Below, one piece after another: positions 29,271 to 39,375 of a DNA stretch of 64,000 bases. The DNA is from Deltaproteobacteria bacterium (GTDB lineage: Bacteria > Myxococcota_A > Polyangia > JAAYKL01): positions 43,861 through 107,860 of the forward strand of contig JAUVDV010000001.1 of the NCBI GenBank assembly GCA_030595125.1, read 5' to 3'. The stretch's first letter is position 1. Every line of letters begins with the position of its first letter. A program made the translations under genes and the position numbers. Under the pieces are notes generated by a model, which was not told the DNA's origin, made no database searches, and saw only the letters and a list, made by a program, of their open reading frames with translations.

Positions 29271-29912
29271 ATGAGTGCAATTGTATGTGAACACGAGAAT
29301 CAGAGGAGTTTCAGGATTTTCATCAGATGTTTGAACGTTGTGATGGCAGCCCTCCTGCTAGGAGGCAACCTGCTCCTGCTCGGCGGATGTGGATCTGGAC
29401 TTGACGTATCGAAGCTCTCGACGACACCGATGCCCCAGACGCCGCCAAGCGCTAATCAAGCGCGCATAGTATTTGTACGTCCCGTGCAGCGGGCCGGCCC
29501 CGGTGGGTATGCTGTTTCAGTGTGGGCAGATGGTAGTTTGGTGGCGTTTGTTCGCGCGGGGAAAAGGGCGTTTGTCGATCTGCCTGCGGGAAAGCACCTC
29601 TTGTTGGCAGTTGCGGCAAACGGCGATGTGCTCGAGGCGGATTTGGCTCCGGGGAAAACCTACTTCGTTCACACTCGATTGGTGTCCTACTACATGGGCA
29701 GCTCGGTCTTTATCGACCCAATGTACCAGGGGCATGAAAATTGGTCTCAGTTGCAGGAATGGCTCGACAATACCCAGCTTACAGAGCTGATCCCGGCCGA
29801 AGCCGACGAATGGACTCGCCGGCATGCCAGTGACAATGCCAGACGTCTTGAACGTTATGAGTCTCGTCCAATGGCCGATCGCAAATTCATTCGACCGGAA
29901 TTCGGTATCTAA
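29271..29912 (+). CDS. Lipoprotein, DUF2846-like
   Basis: Lipobox LGGC; ARIVFVRP...DLPAGKH...LAPGKTYFV pattern. Confidence 0.6.
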   Translation: MSAIVCEHENQRSFRIFIRCLNVVMAALLLGGNLLLLGGCGSGLDVSKLSTTPMPQTPPSANQARIVFVRPVQRAGPGGYAVSVWADGSLVAFVRAGKRAFVDLPAGKHLLLAVAANGDVLEADLAPGKTYFVHTRLVSYYMGSSVFIDPMYQGHENWSQLQEWLDNTQLTELIPAEADEWTRRHASDNARRLERYESRPMADRKFIRPEFGI

Positions 29913-29952
29913 AATAGACACAAGTCGGGTCTTTTGATGGTATTCTTGTTGA

Positions 29953-30639
29953 ATGAATATGAGTACCGGATTCACAAGAACCGCATTGGTTTCGATGGGG
30001 ACGCTGGTGCTTACCCTCCTCCTCGTCTCTGCATGCTGCAATGGGGGCTCCATAAGCCTCGGGAGGATCTCGGCTTTTTTATCCGGGGTGTTCGAGGTGA
30101 CATTCGAACTGGAGATAGACGGATCTTTCACCTCCAATTACGACGGTGACCCCGGGGGCTGGGCGCAGATTCCGGCGCTCGACGACACGAGAATAGAGAC
30201 CGATCTTTCCGCAACCACGTTTTCCGAGAGCCTGGTCAATTACGACGTCGACCTGGATGTAATAGATGAGCCCCTCAAGATTCTTCTGGTGCAGGATACG
30301 TCCGAAGTCTTTTTCATTCAATGGAGTGGAGACGCATACACGGCGGACAAGGGGGTCTGCTACCTGGGCTGGCACGAGTTCGGCGCAGTGAAGATCGCTG
30401 CGTCGCATTGTGACGACGAGGTCGGGGTCATGTACTGCAGGATGAACCAGGGAAGCGACGGGCCGGCCACTTGTATAGGTTGTTATGCTGACGAACCATG
30501 TGTGCCCTGTGACATGAAGGAAAGCCTGGGCAAGTGTTTGCCCAGCAGCTCCTCCGGATCTTCTGTGGATCTGGACGTCGACATAGACATTGACATTGAT
30601 ATCGACATGGATGTCGACCTCGACCCGGAGCTCGGATGA
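29953..30639 (+). CDS. Hypothetical Cys-rich lipoprotein with C-terminal (Asp-hydrophobic)n tail
   Basis: Lipobox VSAC; ends VDLDVDIDIDIDIDMDVDLD. Confidence 0.55.
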   Translation: MNMSTGFTRTALVSMGTLVLTLLLVSACCNGGSISLGRISAFLSGVFEVTFELEIDGSFTSNYDGDPGGWAQIPALDDTRIETDLSATTFSESLVNYDVDLDVIDEPLKILLVQDTSEVFFIQWSGDAYTADKGVCYLGWHEFGAVKIAASHCDDEVGVMYCRMNQGSDGPATCIGCYADEPCVPCDMKESLGKCLPSSSSGSSVDLDVDIDIDIDIDMDVDLDPELG

Positions 30640-31385
30640 CTTTCAGTATCAAAATTCGCCTTCTTGCCCCTACGATCTTGATCCTCCTGTTGTTCCCGAC
30701 AGTGGTGTCCGGGCAGGGCGTCGCGCCGGATCCGACTCTCATGTCGTCGCCCCCGCCGGTGAAGGATCCCGTCGAAGATCCGGTAGACCTCGGCGACCCC
30801 GATGAAGACTTCGAAGAAGAAGGCTATGAGGAGGACCACGAGGGATTGTTTTTCCGGTTTGTTCTGGGGCTGGGATGGGGCTGGGTGGAGGGTGATGGCA
30901 CCATGCCGCCCTCCAAGGGGATCGAGTTAATAAGCGATCCCTCCCACCACTCGCCGGTCTTCAATATGGCCATGAGCCTTGGAGCTGGTTTCCTCAACTT
31001 TGCTGTGCATCTCGGCGTGGTAATGGAGCGGATGATCATGCGGGCGGACGATCCCACCTCAATGGGGTACACGCTGTGGGGGATTGGCGGTGGGCTTACA
31101 TACTACTTCACCGACCATGATTTCTTTGTCACAGCACAGATGCGCTACATGGCGATGCTGCTGTTCATGAAGGGCGTCATCTGCACCGATTACAACGAGG
31201 ACAAGTACGAATGGTACAAGGGACCGGGCATCGCCGCCACCCTGGGCAAGGAGTGGTACAAGGAAGGCAAGGACGGGGGTGTGGGGATCGGGCTGCAGTT
31301 CAACTACGCCCGCCTGAAACACGACGGGGGCTTCTCATTCGATTACATGAGTGTTTTGCTGCTTCTCACCCTCACCCATTTTTAG
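30636..31385 (+). CDS. Putative small outer-membrane beta-barrel protein
   Basis: Signal peptide, alternating amphipathic strands (GGGLTYYF, TLGKEW), terminal Phe; overlaps previous stop. Confidence 0.6.
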   Translation: MTFSIKIRLLAPTILILLLFPTVVSGQGVAPDPTLMSSPPPVKDPVEDPVDLGDPDEDFEEEGYEEDHEGLFFRFVLGLGWGWVEGDGTMPPSKGIELISDPSHHSPVFNMAMSLGAGFLNFAVHLGVVMERMIMRADDPTSMGYTLWGIGGGLTYYFTDHDFFVTAQMRYMAMLLFMKGVICTDYNEDKYEWYKGPGIAATLGKEWYKEGKDGGVGIGLQFNYARLKHDGGFSFDYMSVLLLLTLTHF

Positions 31386-32158
31386 CCTGCATAATTCGCC
31401 AATAGACCGGCCAGCGCCTTTGCGCCGTCCACGGCTTTTGCCTGGAAGTGGTTGTTGAAAAAGACGAGCACCTTGTCCACCTTGTTTTCCAGGTCCAGTA
31501 TTTTAGGCACCCATTCCTTCAACTCGCTGGTCGCGTAACGGTAGTCGTAGCGTTCATGGGGTTGGTTGTGCTCGTACCACTTGGCGGCGTTGCGGCCGTG
31601 AAAGCGAACATAGGCCGGGGAGGCAGTGGCGTCCGCGATGGGCGGCATCAGACCCTTCACTTTCGGCTCGTCAACGCAGCAGTACCCCACGTCGATCTTG
31701 GCGAGCCAGCTTCTTATGGGATCTGCGGCCCACTCCTGTCGCCTCAGCTCCACAACAAGAGGCGGCCCGATGCGATCCGCCATGCGCTTGAGATAGGAGC
31801 GGTTCTCCTGATTTTGATTGAAGGAGTAGGGAAACTGGGCCAGCACGGCTCCGAGCATGCCCGCCTCCCTCAAAGGAGAGATCGCGTCCGTGAACTCCTT
31901 GTAATCGAGTTCGCCGGCCGTGCGATCGTGGGTCATGGAGCGATGGGTCTTTATGGAGAACTCCACCTTTCCGTCCGTGCGCTCGATCATCGAGTTGATC
32001 TGACGGGAAGAGGGCATGCGGTAGTAGCTGAAGTTGAGTTCCAGGGCCTTGAATTGATGTGCGTAGTAGGTGAGGAACTCGGATTTTGGAAGATCGTCCG
32101 GGTAGAAAAAGCCGCGCCAGTCGTCGTAGTCGAACCCGCTCGTACCGATGGAGATCAC
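31382..32158 (-). CDS. DUF72-family protein
   Basis: IGTSGF.Y.DW...YP, LELNFSYY, QFPYSF, YVRFHGRN, RYDYRY, FFNNH. Confidence 0.9.
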   Translation of the reverse strand: MISIGTSGFDYDDWRGFFYPDDLPKSEFLTYYAHQFKALELNFSYYRMPSSRQINSMIERTDGKVEFSIKTHRSMTHDRTAGELDYKEFTDAISPLREAGMLGAVLAQFPYSFNQNQENRSYLKRMADRIGPPLVVELRRQEWAADPIRSWLAKIDVGYCCVDEPKVKGLMPPIADATASPAYVRFHGRNAAKWYEHNQPHERYDYRYATSELKEWVPKILDLENKVDKVLVFFNNHFQAKAVDGAKALAGLLANYAG

Positions 32159-33381
32159 GGGGTGAGAGTGTCCGGGTCCGGCGGGGTGAACGAGCTGTCG
32201 TTGGTTATATAGACATAGCCGATAATGGGATAGTTACTGCCGTCGTAGGTGTCGCCGAAGAGAGAGAAAGTGTGAGTTCCCGGCCCCAGATCCCAGGTCC
32301 ATGGGGAGCTCGGGGCGTCAACCACCAGGGTCCAGGAGTAGCCCGTGGTCGTTGGAATGGGGGTGCTGTCGTCGATGTCCCAGATATCCGGGTTGTCCCA
32401 GTCGATGAGGTCCATGGTCAGGCCGAAAGAGTGACCCGTGTTCGAGGTGTTCGTGAGACCCCACACGTACCATGTGTCCAGGCACGGCAGGTCGAAGGAA
32501 TGGATAGCGTATCCCTGGTAGGCCGAGTGGGTGTGGAGCCAGTCCATCCCGACGTAGGAGCTCGAGTCGTGGTTGAACATGGGATCCTGGACGATGTCCG
32601 CGTCGTCCCAGTGGAAGTACAGATCATGATTGGAGGTGCATGACGAAACCGTCGATCCGTCGTAGCAGATGCCCGACTGCGGGTTGGAGATGGTCATATC
32701 CAGAGTGAATGGTCCCTGGCCGCTCGCGGAGGTGTAGAACGAGTCGACGATCACGTAATGCCAGCCGTTCGCCGTGGCCTCCCACGAGAAGTGTTCCTCC
32801 CCGGGGCCCGAGTCATTGTCCACGCACGCGGCCACGGTTTTGCTTTCGCAGGTTAGTCCCGAGGAGACGCCGTCGTAAACGAGGGCCAGGGACAAATCCG
32901 CAGCGGCGGCGTTCATCGAGGCGTTTAAAATCTCCCCGGCGTGCAGGTACACCCGGTACACAACGTCGTTGCCGTTCTGGGGGAATGTGCTGCAGGTGAG
33001 GGTAACGTCTGCGGCGAATGAGGTGTTGTTTCCGTTGATGGTTGTCGCCATTTCATCCCGGCCGATTTTCATGGCGTTGGCGCAGATTTCCGCAGCCTCG
33101 GTGCCGGAGCTGCATATGTCTTCGCCGGTATCCGTATCGGTATCCGAGTCGGTGTCCGAGTCGGTGTCCGAGTCGGTATCCGAGTCGGTGTCCGAATCGG
33201 TGTCCGAGTCGGTGTCCGAGTCGGTGTCCGAATCAGTGTCCGAATCGGCGTCCGAATCGGTGTCCGAATCCGAGTCTGAATCCGAGTCCCCACTTGCGTC
33301 CGGGTCCTGGAAAGGGGTCGGCGCGTAGTTGGTGCATCCCAGGCAAATTATCCATACCGATAAAAGGAAAATGCGTTTCAT
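32155..33381 (-). CDS. Lipoprotein with DS/DT linker and PPC-like/carbohydrate-binding passenger domains
   Basis: Lipobox CLGC; GGAGG RBS; GNDVVYRV...HYVIVDSF PPC-like motif. Confidence 0.7.
   Translation of the reverse strand: MKRIFLLSVWIICLGCTNYAPTPFQDPDASGDSDSDSDSDTDSDADSDTDSDTDSDTDSDTDSDTDSDTDSDTDSDTDSDTDTDTGEDICSSGTEAAEICANAMKIGRDEMATTINGNNTSFAADVTLTCSTFPQNGNDVVYRVYLHAGEILNASMNAAAADLSLALVYDGVSSGLTCESKTVAACVDNDSGPGEEHFSWEATANGWHYVIVDSFYTSASGQGPFTLDMTISNPQSGICYDGSTVSSCTSNHDLYFHWDDADIVQDPMFNHDSSSYVGMDWLHTHSAYQGYAIHSFDLPCLDTWYVWGLTNTSNTGHSFGLTMDLIDWDNPDIWDIDDSTPIPTTTGYSWTLVVDAPSSPWTWDLGPGTHTFSLFGDTYDGSNYPIIGYVYITNDSSFTPPDPDTLTP
33127..33288 (-). repeat. Tandem (Asp-Thr-Asp-Ser)n-encoding repeat
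   Basis: 12-bp units such as GACACCGACTCG on the minus strand. Confidence 0.95.
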
Positions 33382-33503
33382 CTGAACCTCCGTACATTCA
33401 TTTTCACCGATCAAGCAGATCTGCACAACTGTCAAAAGCACGGTCGAGTTGTTCCTGCCCTTGACGGTTTCAGTATAGACTTGCGTGCAGGGAGGAGCAT
33501 TGG

Positions 33504-34688
33504 ATGAAGTGGTTACTCGGAATAATGTTGAACGTATTGGCGGCCGTGTCGATCATGGCTTGCGACCCGCCGGTTTCCGACGATACCTGGATTCCGCCGT
33601 TCCAGAGCTGCCAGATCTTCGATCCCGTTACTGCTGACATAGTCTTGGCGGAGGACGGAGCGTTCGTCATTGAGGGCGTCGAGATCATCCCCCACGGCAT
33701 CAACAGCTATCCGCTGCTACAGCACGTGGGAAATGGTGACCTCGAGAGCCTCCACGACATTTTCGGCCAGACCGTATCGCTGGGGCGATCCGTGCTGCGA
33801 ACAAATGCCTTCATGGACGGAGGCGAAAACCCGGCGAGAATTCGAGACCAAGACGGTACGATCAGGGAGGAGGGACTTGCTGCGTTGGACCGGGTCGTGG
33901 CCGAGGCGGCGGACGCAGGCGTGAGACTGGTCCTGTTGCTGACCAATAACTGGGAGGACTTCGGTGGCGCGCAGGCGGTGGTGGACGCTGTCGCCCCCGG
34001 TGAAGGGCTACCCAAGGACGCGTTCTGGTCCGAACCAAGAGCGGTCGAGGCTCAGCTTGAGTACATCCAGACGATCGTGAGCAGGACAAACAGCATCACC
34101 AGCCATGTGTACTCAGATGATCCGACCGTCTTCGCCTGGGAACTGGTCAACGAGGCGCGTTGTGACGCCCCTGATTGGTGCGACTCCGAAACACTTGTGA
34201 ACTGGGCGAACGAGATGTCCAACGCGGTGCGACAGGCTGGTGCGATTGCGCCGGTGTTCTGGGGCGGTGCCGGCTATCTCGGGGAGCATGGTGAGGACTT
34301 GCGGAAGATTGGCGAGCACGGCGGTGTCGATGTATTGACGCTGCATCTCTACCTGAATCACAGCCATCCATACCTCTGGTATTATCCCCCGTCGCAACGC
34401 GTGCAGGAGGCCATCGACATCGGCGCGCAGATCATCCGCAGCCGAGTGGATGTCGCGCTTGAAGTGGGTCTTCCTCTCGTGATCGAGGAGTTGGGTTGGA
34501 GCGCACCCCAGGGCGTGGATCGTGACGCAGAGCGCGCGGCGGTTTTTGAGGGATGGTTATCCGTTGCCCACGATGAGGGTGTCGCCACCATGCCCTGGAT
34601 GATCGGCGAGACAGACCGTGAAGACTATGACGGACTGCTCATCCGCCCGGACGACCTGAAAACGTGGGAAGTCATATCGTGTCATTAG
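33504..34688 (+). CDS. Glycoside hydrolase family 5 lipoprotein (beta-mannanase-like)
   Basis: LTNNWEDFGG, FAWELVNEAR acid/base and LVIEELG nucleophile; lipobox IMAC. Confidence 0.85.
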   Translation: MKWLLGIMLNVLAAVSIMACDPPVSDDTWIPPFQSCQIFDPVTADIVLAEDGAFVIEGVEIIPHGINSYPLLQHVGNGDLESLHDIFGQTVSLGRSVLRTNAFMDGGENPARIRDQDGTIREEGLAALDRVVAEAADAGVRLVLLLTNNWEDFGGAQAVVDAVAPGEGLPKDAFWSEPRAVEAQLEYIQTIVSRTNSITSHVYSDDPTVFAWELVNEARCDAPDWCDSETLVNWANEMSNAVRQAGAIAPVFWGGAGYLGEHGEDLRKIGEHGGVDVLTLHLYLNHSHPYLWYYPPSQRVQEAIDIGAQIIRSRVDVALEVGLPLVIEELGWSAPQGVDRDAERAAVFEGWLSVAHDEGVATMPWMIGETDREDYDGLLIRPDDLKTWEVISCH

Positions 34689-34781
34689 CGGGGGGAGGGC
34701 ACCTTTTGCGCGAAGAACAAACCTGCTATTATTTCAGAACACGTCATTAATGTCGGATCACTGACCCAGGGGGATAACCGG

Positions 34782-35891
34782 ATGATCGCCGAGAACACAA
34801 AGCACATTTTGCTGTTGGTTGCGATTTCGCTGGCGGTGTCGTTGATCGTAACCGGGTCAGTACACGCACAGGAAAGCAGGGTGAGGGTTGAGGTTCTGGA
34901 TCTGCAGAATTCGGCATCTATCAAGGACCAGGAAATAGAGGTTCTCTCAAAAGTAGTACGTTCGGTGTTCGCCGAGTTGCCGCGCGAGCGCTTCGTTACA
35001 TCTTCAGCCGAACCCATCGACGATCCGGTTTGTGAAGATGAGTGCCAGTTGGAAGCCAGTCGACAACGTTTGATGGAGATGGTCGTACTCGGTTCGGTCA
35101 GTATCTTCGGCGAGGGATATTTGGCATCGTTACAGTTATACGACTTATCAGACGGGCAGCTACTCGCCAGTTCGACCACCGATTCCAGGGCTTCGCTGGA
35201 GGAGATGATCGATACACTGAGAACTGCAGCAATAGAGTTGAGGGAAAAACTCGAACCAGAGGCGGCGCAGCAACCATCGCATCTGATCGCCCCTATCGTG
35301 AATACTCCGGAACCTCAACCCCAGCCGTTACTGCCGCAGCGTTCTGTTGTGCCCGTGGGCATCGCGGTTGGAAAGCTGAAGGTTACGTCATCTCCTTCTG
35401 GAGCGCGTGTTTTCATTCATAGAAAGTACTCCGGCATTACTCCGCTGGAGATAGAACTGGCCACACTTTCGTACAGATTAGAAGTCCGGATGGCCAAACA
35501 CAAATCAGTGCACAGGAGAGTGCGCATCGATCCCGGGAGGACCGAAAAACGCCACGTTATCTTACAGCGCATCTACCCGATGAACCCGTACAAGAAAGCG
35601 GGTCACGCATTTTTCTGGCCCGGCGCCCTTACGACTGCTTTTGGTTTCATCTCAATGAGTATGGCCATGGAAAACGCAGATGAGTACCAGTATGACCTTG
35701 ATTCCGAGGCAGAGCGTAGTGCCAGAGTCTGGACCGGCGCAATGTGGGGCGGCTTTTCAGTGGGTGCAATATTTATCGTTACTGCCATCGTGTGCTGGTC
35801 CAGGTCGCCCGGTGACAAGGAGTATTTCGAACTCCACGGCTCAGCGGCTGCGCTTCGTCTGGGTGAACGTGGTATGATAGTGACTTTCTAG
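34782..35891 (+). CDS. PEGA-domain exported protein
   Basis: LKVTSSPSGARVFI...GITPL PEGA motif; signal peptide; C-terminal TM pair. Confidence 0.75.
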   Translation: MIAENTKHILLLVAISLAVSLIVTGSVHAQESRVRVEVLDLQNSASIKDQEIEVLSKVVRSVFAELPRERFVTSSAEPIDDPVCEDECQLEASRQRLMEMVVLGSVSIFGEGYLASLQLYDLSDGQLLASSTTDSRASLEEMIDTLRTAAIELREKLEPEAAQQPSHLIAPIVNTPEPQPQPLLPQRSVVPVGIAVGKLKVTSSPSGARVFIHRKYSGITPLEIELATLSYRLEVRMAKHKSVHRRVRIDPGRTEKRHVILQRIYPMNPYKKAGHAFFWPGALTTAFGFISMSMAMENADEYQYDLDSEAERSARVWTGAMWGGFSVGAIFIVTAIVCWSRSPGDKEYFELHGSAAALRLGERGMIVTF

Positions 35892-35903
35892 GGGAGGTCT
35901 TCG

Positions 35904-36800
35904 ATGAGATGGAACAGTCTGTTCGTGTCTATACTGGCGACCGTTCTTCTGCCCTGTTGCGACGTCTTTCTATCGGACATCGGAGGACTGAATGAACAGT
36001 GTGCCGGCAACGGCGACTGCATGGACGACCTGGTATGCAACTTCGGCAATTGCGGAGAACCGCAAGGATTGGATGAAACCTGCGACGAAAAGGCCCAACA
36101 TATTGGCCCGGTCTGCAAAGACGGGCTGGCGTGCATCAACGGCGCTTGTGTTCCAGCAGGCCAAGAAGGCGAGCCCTGTATGCCGGCGTATGCATGGATC
36201 GGAGATCAGATATGTGAAGGGGACCTGCACTGCATCGATGGGATCTGCAGCGAGGCAGGTGGCGAGGGTGAGCCGTGTATAGATGATGACGACTATGCCG
36301 AGACCGGCACCTGCGACGCAGGGCTCAGGTGTGTCGATGAGATCTGCACCCCTTCCGCGCCGGACGAGGTAGCCCAGCCGAATTCCCAGCTTTCGTGGCT
36401 CAGGTGTGCGATCGGGTCTGTTTGGGATGGATGGGAGTGCGATTACGTCGATGGTTTAGCTGAGACATATTACAACTGGGATGAAGTCAAGATCGCCTGC
36501 CCTAGCGGGTTCAGATTGCCGAGCCGACAGGAGATGATCAACTTACTCGACGATTGCGATAGCTCGGTATTATCCGGCGATCAAGGTTCCTGTTCTTCCT
36601 GTTACGAGAGTGAAGTTTGCAACGCGATGTTCGGAAACGCGATGAGCAGCGAGCGCGATTATTGGACCTCAGCAATCGACTACGGTTCCTCCTCCTCGTC
36701 CTATGACGACAGGCACTGGATTGTTTCTTTCTATGACGGCGAAGTGAAATTGCAGTACCCATCGCAGGCACAGACAGATCGCGTTCGCTGCGTACATTAG
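35904..36800 (+). CDS. Cys-rich lipoprotein with C-terminal DUF1566/Lcl-like domain
   Basis: Repeated C-x5-C modules; WLRCAIG, FRLPSRQEM, YWTS, VRCV motifs. Confidence 0.7.
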   Translation: MRWNSLFVSILATVLLPCCDVFLSDIGGLNEQCAGNGDCMDDLVCNFGNCGEPQGLDETCDEKAQHIGPVCKDGLACINGACVPAGQEGEPCMPAYAWIGDQICEGDLHCIDGICSEAGGEGEPCIDDDDYAETGTCDAGLRCVDEICTPSAPDEVAQPNSQLSWLRCAIGSVWDGWECDYVDGLAETYYNWDEVKIACPSGFRLPSRQEMINLLDDCDSSVLSGDQGSCSSCYESEVCNAMFGNAMSSERDYWTSAIDYGSSSSSYDDRHWIVSFYDGEVKLQYPSQAQTDRVRCVH

Positions 36801-36822
36801 CTACACCGCTTTTCCCTATATT

Positions 36823-37800
36823 TCACACCGGAAGCTGGTCGAGGAGGTGGGAGAATGCTTCGGCGTCGACGGCTTCTCCGAGTCGTTTTCGAAAAGCGGC
36901 GGCTCCGTCGAAGCCCCTAAGATACCAGCAGGCGTGCTTTCTCATCTCCAGTACGGCGCGCTGTTCGCCGGACCACTCGATGTACAGATCCAGATGCCTG
37001 CGGCACGTTTCCACCCTGCCCGCAAGGTCGGGAGCGCCCTCGCCTCCTGCTAGCTCTCTGAAAATCCACGGGTTGCCCTTTGCGCCCTGACCTACCGCCA
37101 CACGGGCGCATCCGGATTGTGCGATCATTTCCGTTGCGTCGGCCGGTCCCGCGATTCCGCCGTTTCCGACAACCGGGATATTCACCGCGTCCACTATCTC
37201 GGCAAGCAGCGCAAAATCCACGGGACCGCTGTGCCCCTGATCCTTCGTGCGAGCGTGGATGGTGATAAGCGATACGCCGCTATCCTCCAGGATTTTTGCT
37301 ATCTGCACACCGTTGCGGTCATCGGCCGAATAGCCCAGTCGTGTCTTGGCGGTCACCGGAACGCGCACGGAGTCCACCACCTGCGCGGTGATCTCGCCGA
37401 GGGTTTGCGGATCGCGCATCAACGCCGCGCCGCATCCAAGTCCGTTTTTGACAACCTTGCGCGCGGGGCAACCGAAATTGAGATCTATGATGTCCGCTCC
37501 ATCCGCCTCGACGATGCGAGCCGCCTGCGCCATCACCTCCGGATCCCGGCCGTAGAGCTGCACTACGAAAGGCGACTCCCCGGGGAACTTGTCCATCAGC
37601 GCGAGGGTCTTCGATCCGTGCTTGCGCTTCCGATTCCCGGACTTCTTGTCCAGATAAACCACGGCGTGACAGGAGACCAGCTCCGTGACCGCCAGGATCG
37701 CTCCCAGCTCGTGACACAGTCGCCGAAAGGGTGGATTGGTGATCCCCGCCATGGGCGCAAGCACGGCTCCGCGGCCGATCTCGTACGGACCCAGTTTCAC
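36823..37800 (-). CDS. dusB: tRNA-dihydrouridine synthase B
   Basis: LAPMAGIT, IDLNFGCP, TIHART, VGNGGI, MRKHACWY. Confidence 0.92.
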   Translation of the reverse strand: MKLGPYEIGRGAVLAPMAGITNPPFRRLCHELGAILAVTELVSCHAVVYLDKKSGNRKRKHGSKTLALMDKFPGESPFVVQLYGRDPEVMAQAARIVEADGADIIDLNFGCPARKVVKNGLGCGAALMRDPQTLGEITAQVVDSVRVPVTAKTRLGYSADDRNGVQIAKILEDSGVSLITIHARTKDQGHSGPVDFALLAEIVDAVNIPVVGNGGIAGPADATEMIAQSGCARVAVGQGAKGNPWIFRELAGGEGAPDLAGRVETCRRHLDLYIEWSGEQRAVLEMRKHACWYLRGFDGAAAFRKRLGEAVDAEAFSHLLDQLPV

Positions 37801-37806
37801 GAGTGA

Positions 37807-39309
37807 CTAGTCATTCTTGGGAAACGGTATATTCAGAGGGGTGAATTGCTCTTTGAAATCCTCGCCTGCCCACAGGAACTCGCCCATCTGATCTTGCTTG
37901 TACCTGTCCGCGTAATCCCTCCAGTCCCTTCCTATGGTATCCAGGGCGTCCAGCAGGAAGTCCAGATCCTCCGCGCTGGTGGCGGGGGACAGGGAGATCC
38001 TCACCCATCCGGGCTTGGACCACAAATCGCCGTCGTCGAGGGCCCGGCGGATTTCCTCGGAGTCCTCCTGTTCTATCCCCAGAAGCTCGTGGCCGTATGT
38101 TCCCGCGCACATGCACCCGGCGCGCACCTGGATGCCGAATCGATCGTTGAGCAGGCGAACGGCCAGGTTGTGGTGTAGCTCGCCGTCGTGGAAGATGATG
38201 GAGAACACCCCCAGCCTGTCCACCTCCGGGTTTCCCAGGAGAGTGATGGCGTCGTTGGCCAGAAGTCGTGTCGTCGCGTGTTTGACGAGCGCGTGCTCGG
38301 TCCTGTCGAGGAGTTCTTCGCCAAGGTATCTCTTGAGTTCGAAGACCAGCCCCGCGCGGATGATCTGCACGATGGGCGGTGTGCCCCCCATCTCCCGTGA
38401 CCGGAGATCCCCGAGGTACTGATGATCCCACTGGGAAGTGTACAGGACTGTGCCGCCGCCTGGCTCCACAGGAACACTGCTGGTGAACAATTTTTTGGAG
38501 GCCGCCAGGATTCCGGGGGTCTGGGGTCCGCCGGTGAACTTGTGAGTGGAGATGAACAGCGCGTCCCTTCTCTTCCCTTCTCCTTCGCCGGGGTGCATGT
38601 CGATGGGCACGTAGGGCGCCGCCGCCGCATAGTCGAATAACGCGACTCCTTCGTGCTCGTGCATGACCTCGCAAAGGGCGTCCACGTCGTTGAGGATGCC
38701 GGTGACGTTGGAAGCGGCGGAGAAGGTGCCGATCTTCTGAGCGCGTTCCCGCACTTCCGGCAGCTTGAGCCTGCGCTCAAGATCCCGCCAGTCGATGCGA
38801 CCGGCCTTGTCGAAGCCCACGAACATTGTGTGGCCCACGGTTTCCCGCCAGGCGATATCGTTGGAGTGGTGCTCCATCATGGACCGAAAGATGATCGGCC
38901 GACACTCTTGCGGCAGCTTGTCGCCGCAGCCGCAAACGGCGGATATCTGTTCGGGGATTCGTAAACCCATCGCCAGGATCAGCTTGTTGATCGCGGAGGT
39001 GGAGCCCGCGCCTGTGAAGATTATTACGTCGTCATCGGTGGCGCCGATGGCATCGGACACGCTCTGATAAGCCCGATCCACGAGGTAGGTCATCTGCCGC
39101 CCGGAGAAGTTGCTCTCCGCGTGGGTGTTCGCCATGTGGGGCAAGACCTTACTGGTGATCAGGTCTTCTATTGGCTCGAAGGGCAGACCGGCGGCGATGT
39201 AGTCGAAGTAGATCCGCCGTTTTTCGCCGAACGGTGTTGCGATGGTCGTGTTGCCGCCCATCAGGTTTTCTCTCAGGTAGCGCAGGCGCCTGTCGTCGAG
39301 GATATCCAT
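37807..39309 (-). CDS. Class V PLP-dependent aminotransferase/cysteine desulfurase-like protein
   Basis: EHHSN, SAASNVTG, DYAAAAPY, STHKF PLP lysine, RAGCMCAG. Confidence 0.88.
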   Translation of the reverse strand: MDILDDRRLRYLRENLMGGNTTIATPFGEKRRIYFDYIAAGLPFEPIEDLITSKVLPHMANTHAESNFSGRQMTYLVDRAYQSVSDAIGATDDDVIIFTGAGSTSAINKLILAMGLRIPEQISAVCGCGDKLPQECRPIIFRSMMEHHSNDIAWRETVGHTMFVGFDKAGRIDWRDLERRLKLPEVRERAQKIGTFSAASNVTGILNDVDALCEVMHEHEGVALFDYAAAAPYVPIDMHPGEGEGKRRDALFISTHKFTGGPQTPGILAASKKLFTSSVPVEPGGGTVLYTSQWDHQYLGDLRSREMGGTPPIVQIIRAGLVFELKRYLGEELLDRTEHALVKHATTRLLANDAITLLGNPEVDRLGVFSIIFHDGELHHNLAVRLLNDRFGIQVRAGCMCAGTYGHELLGIEQEDSEEIRRALDDGDLWSKPGWVRISLSPATSAEDLDFLLDALDTIGRDWRDYADRYKQDQMGEFLWAGEDFKEQFTPLNIPFPKND

Positions 39310-39375
39310 GGAACTCCCGTTTGCGATCCCGGCAACAAGACGGCGGGTCGCAGTAGTAGTAATCCGGCGATGAGT

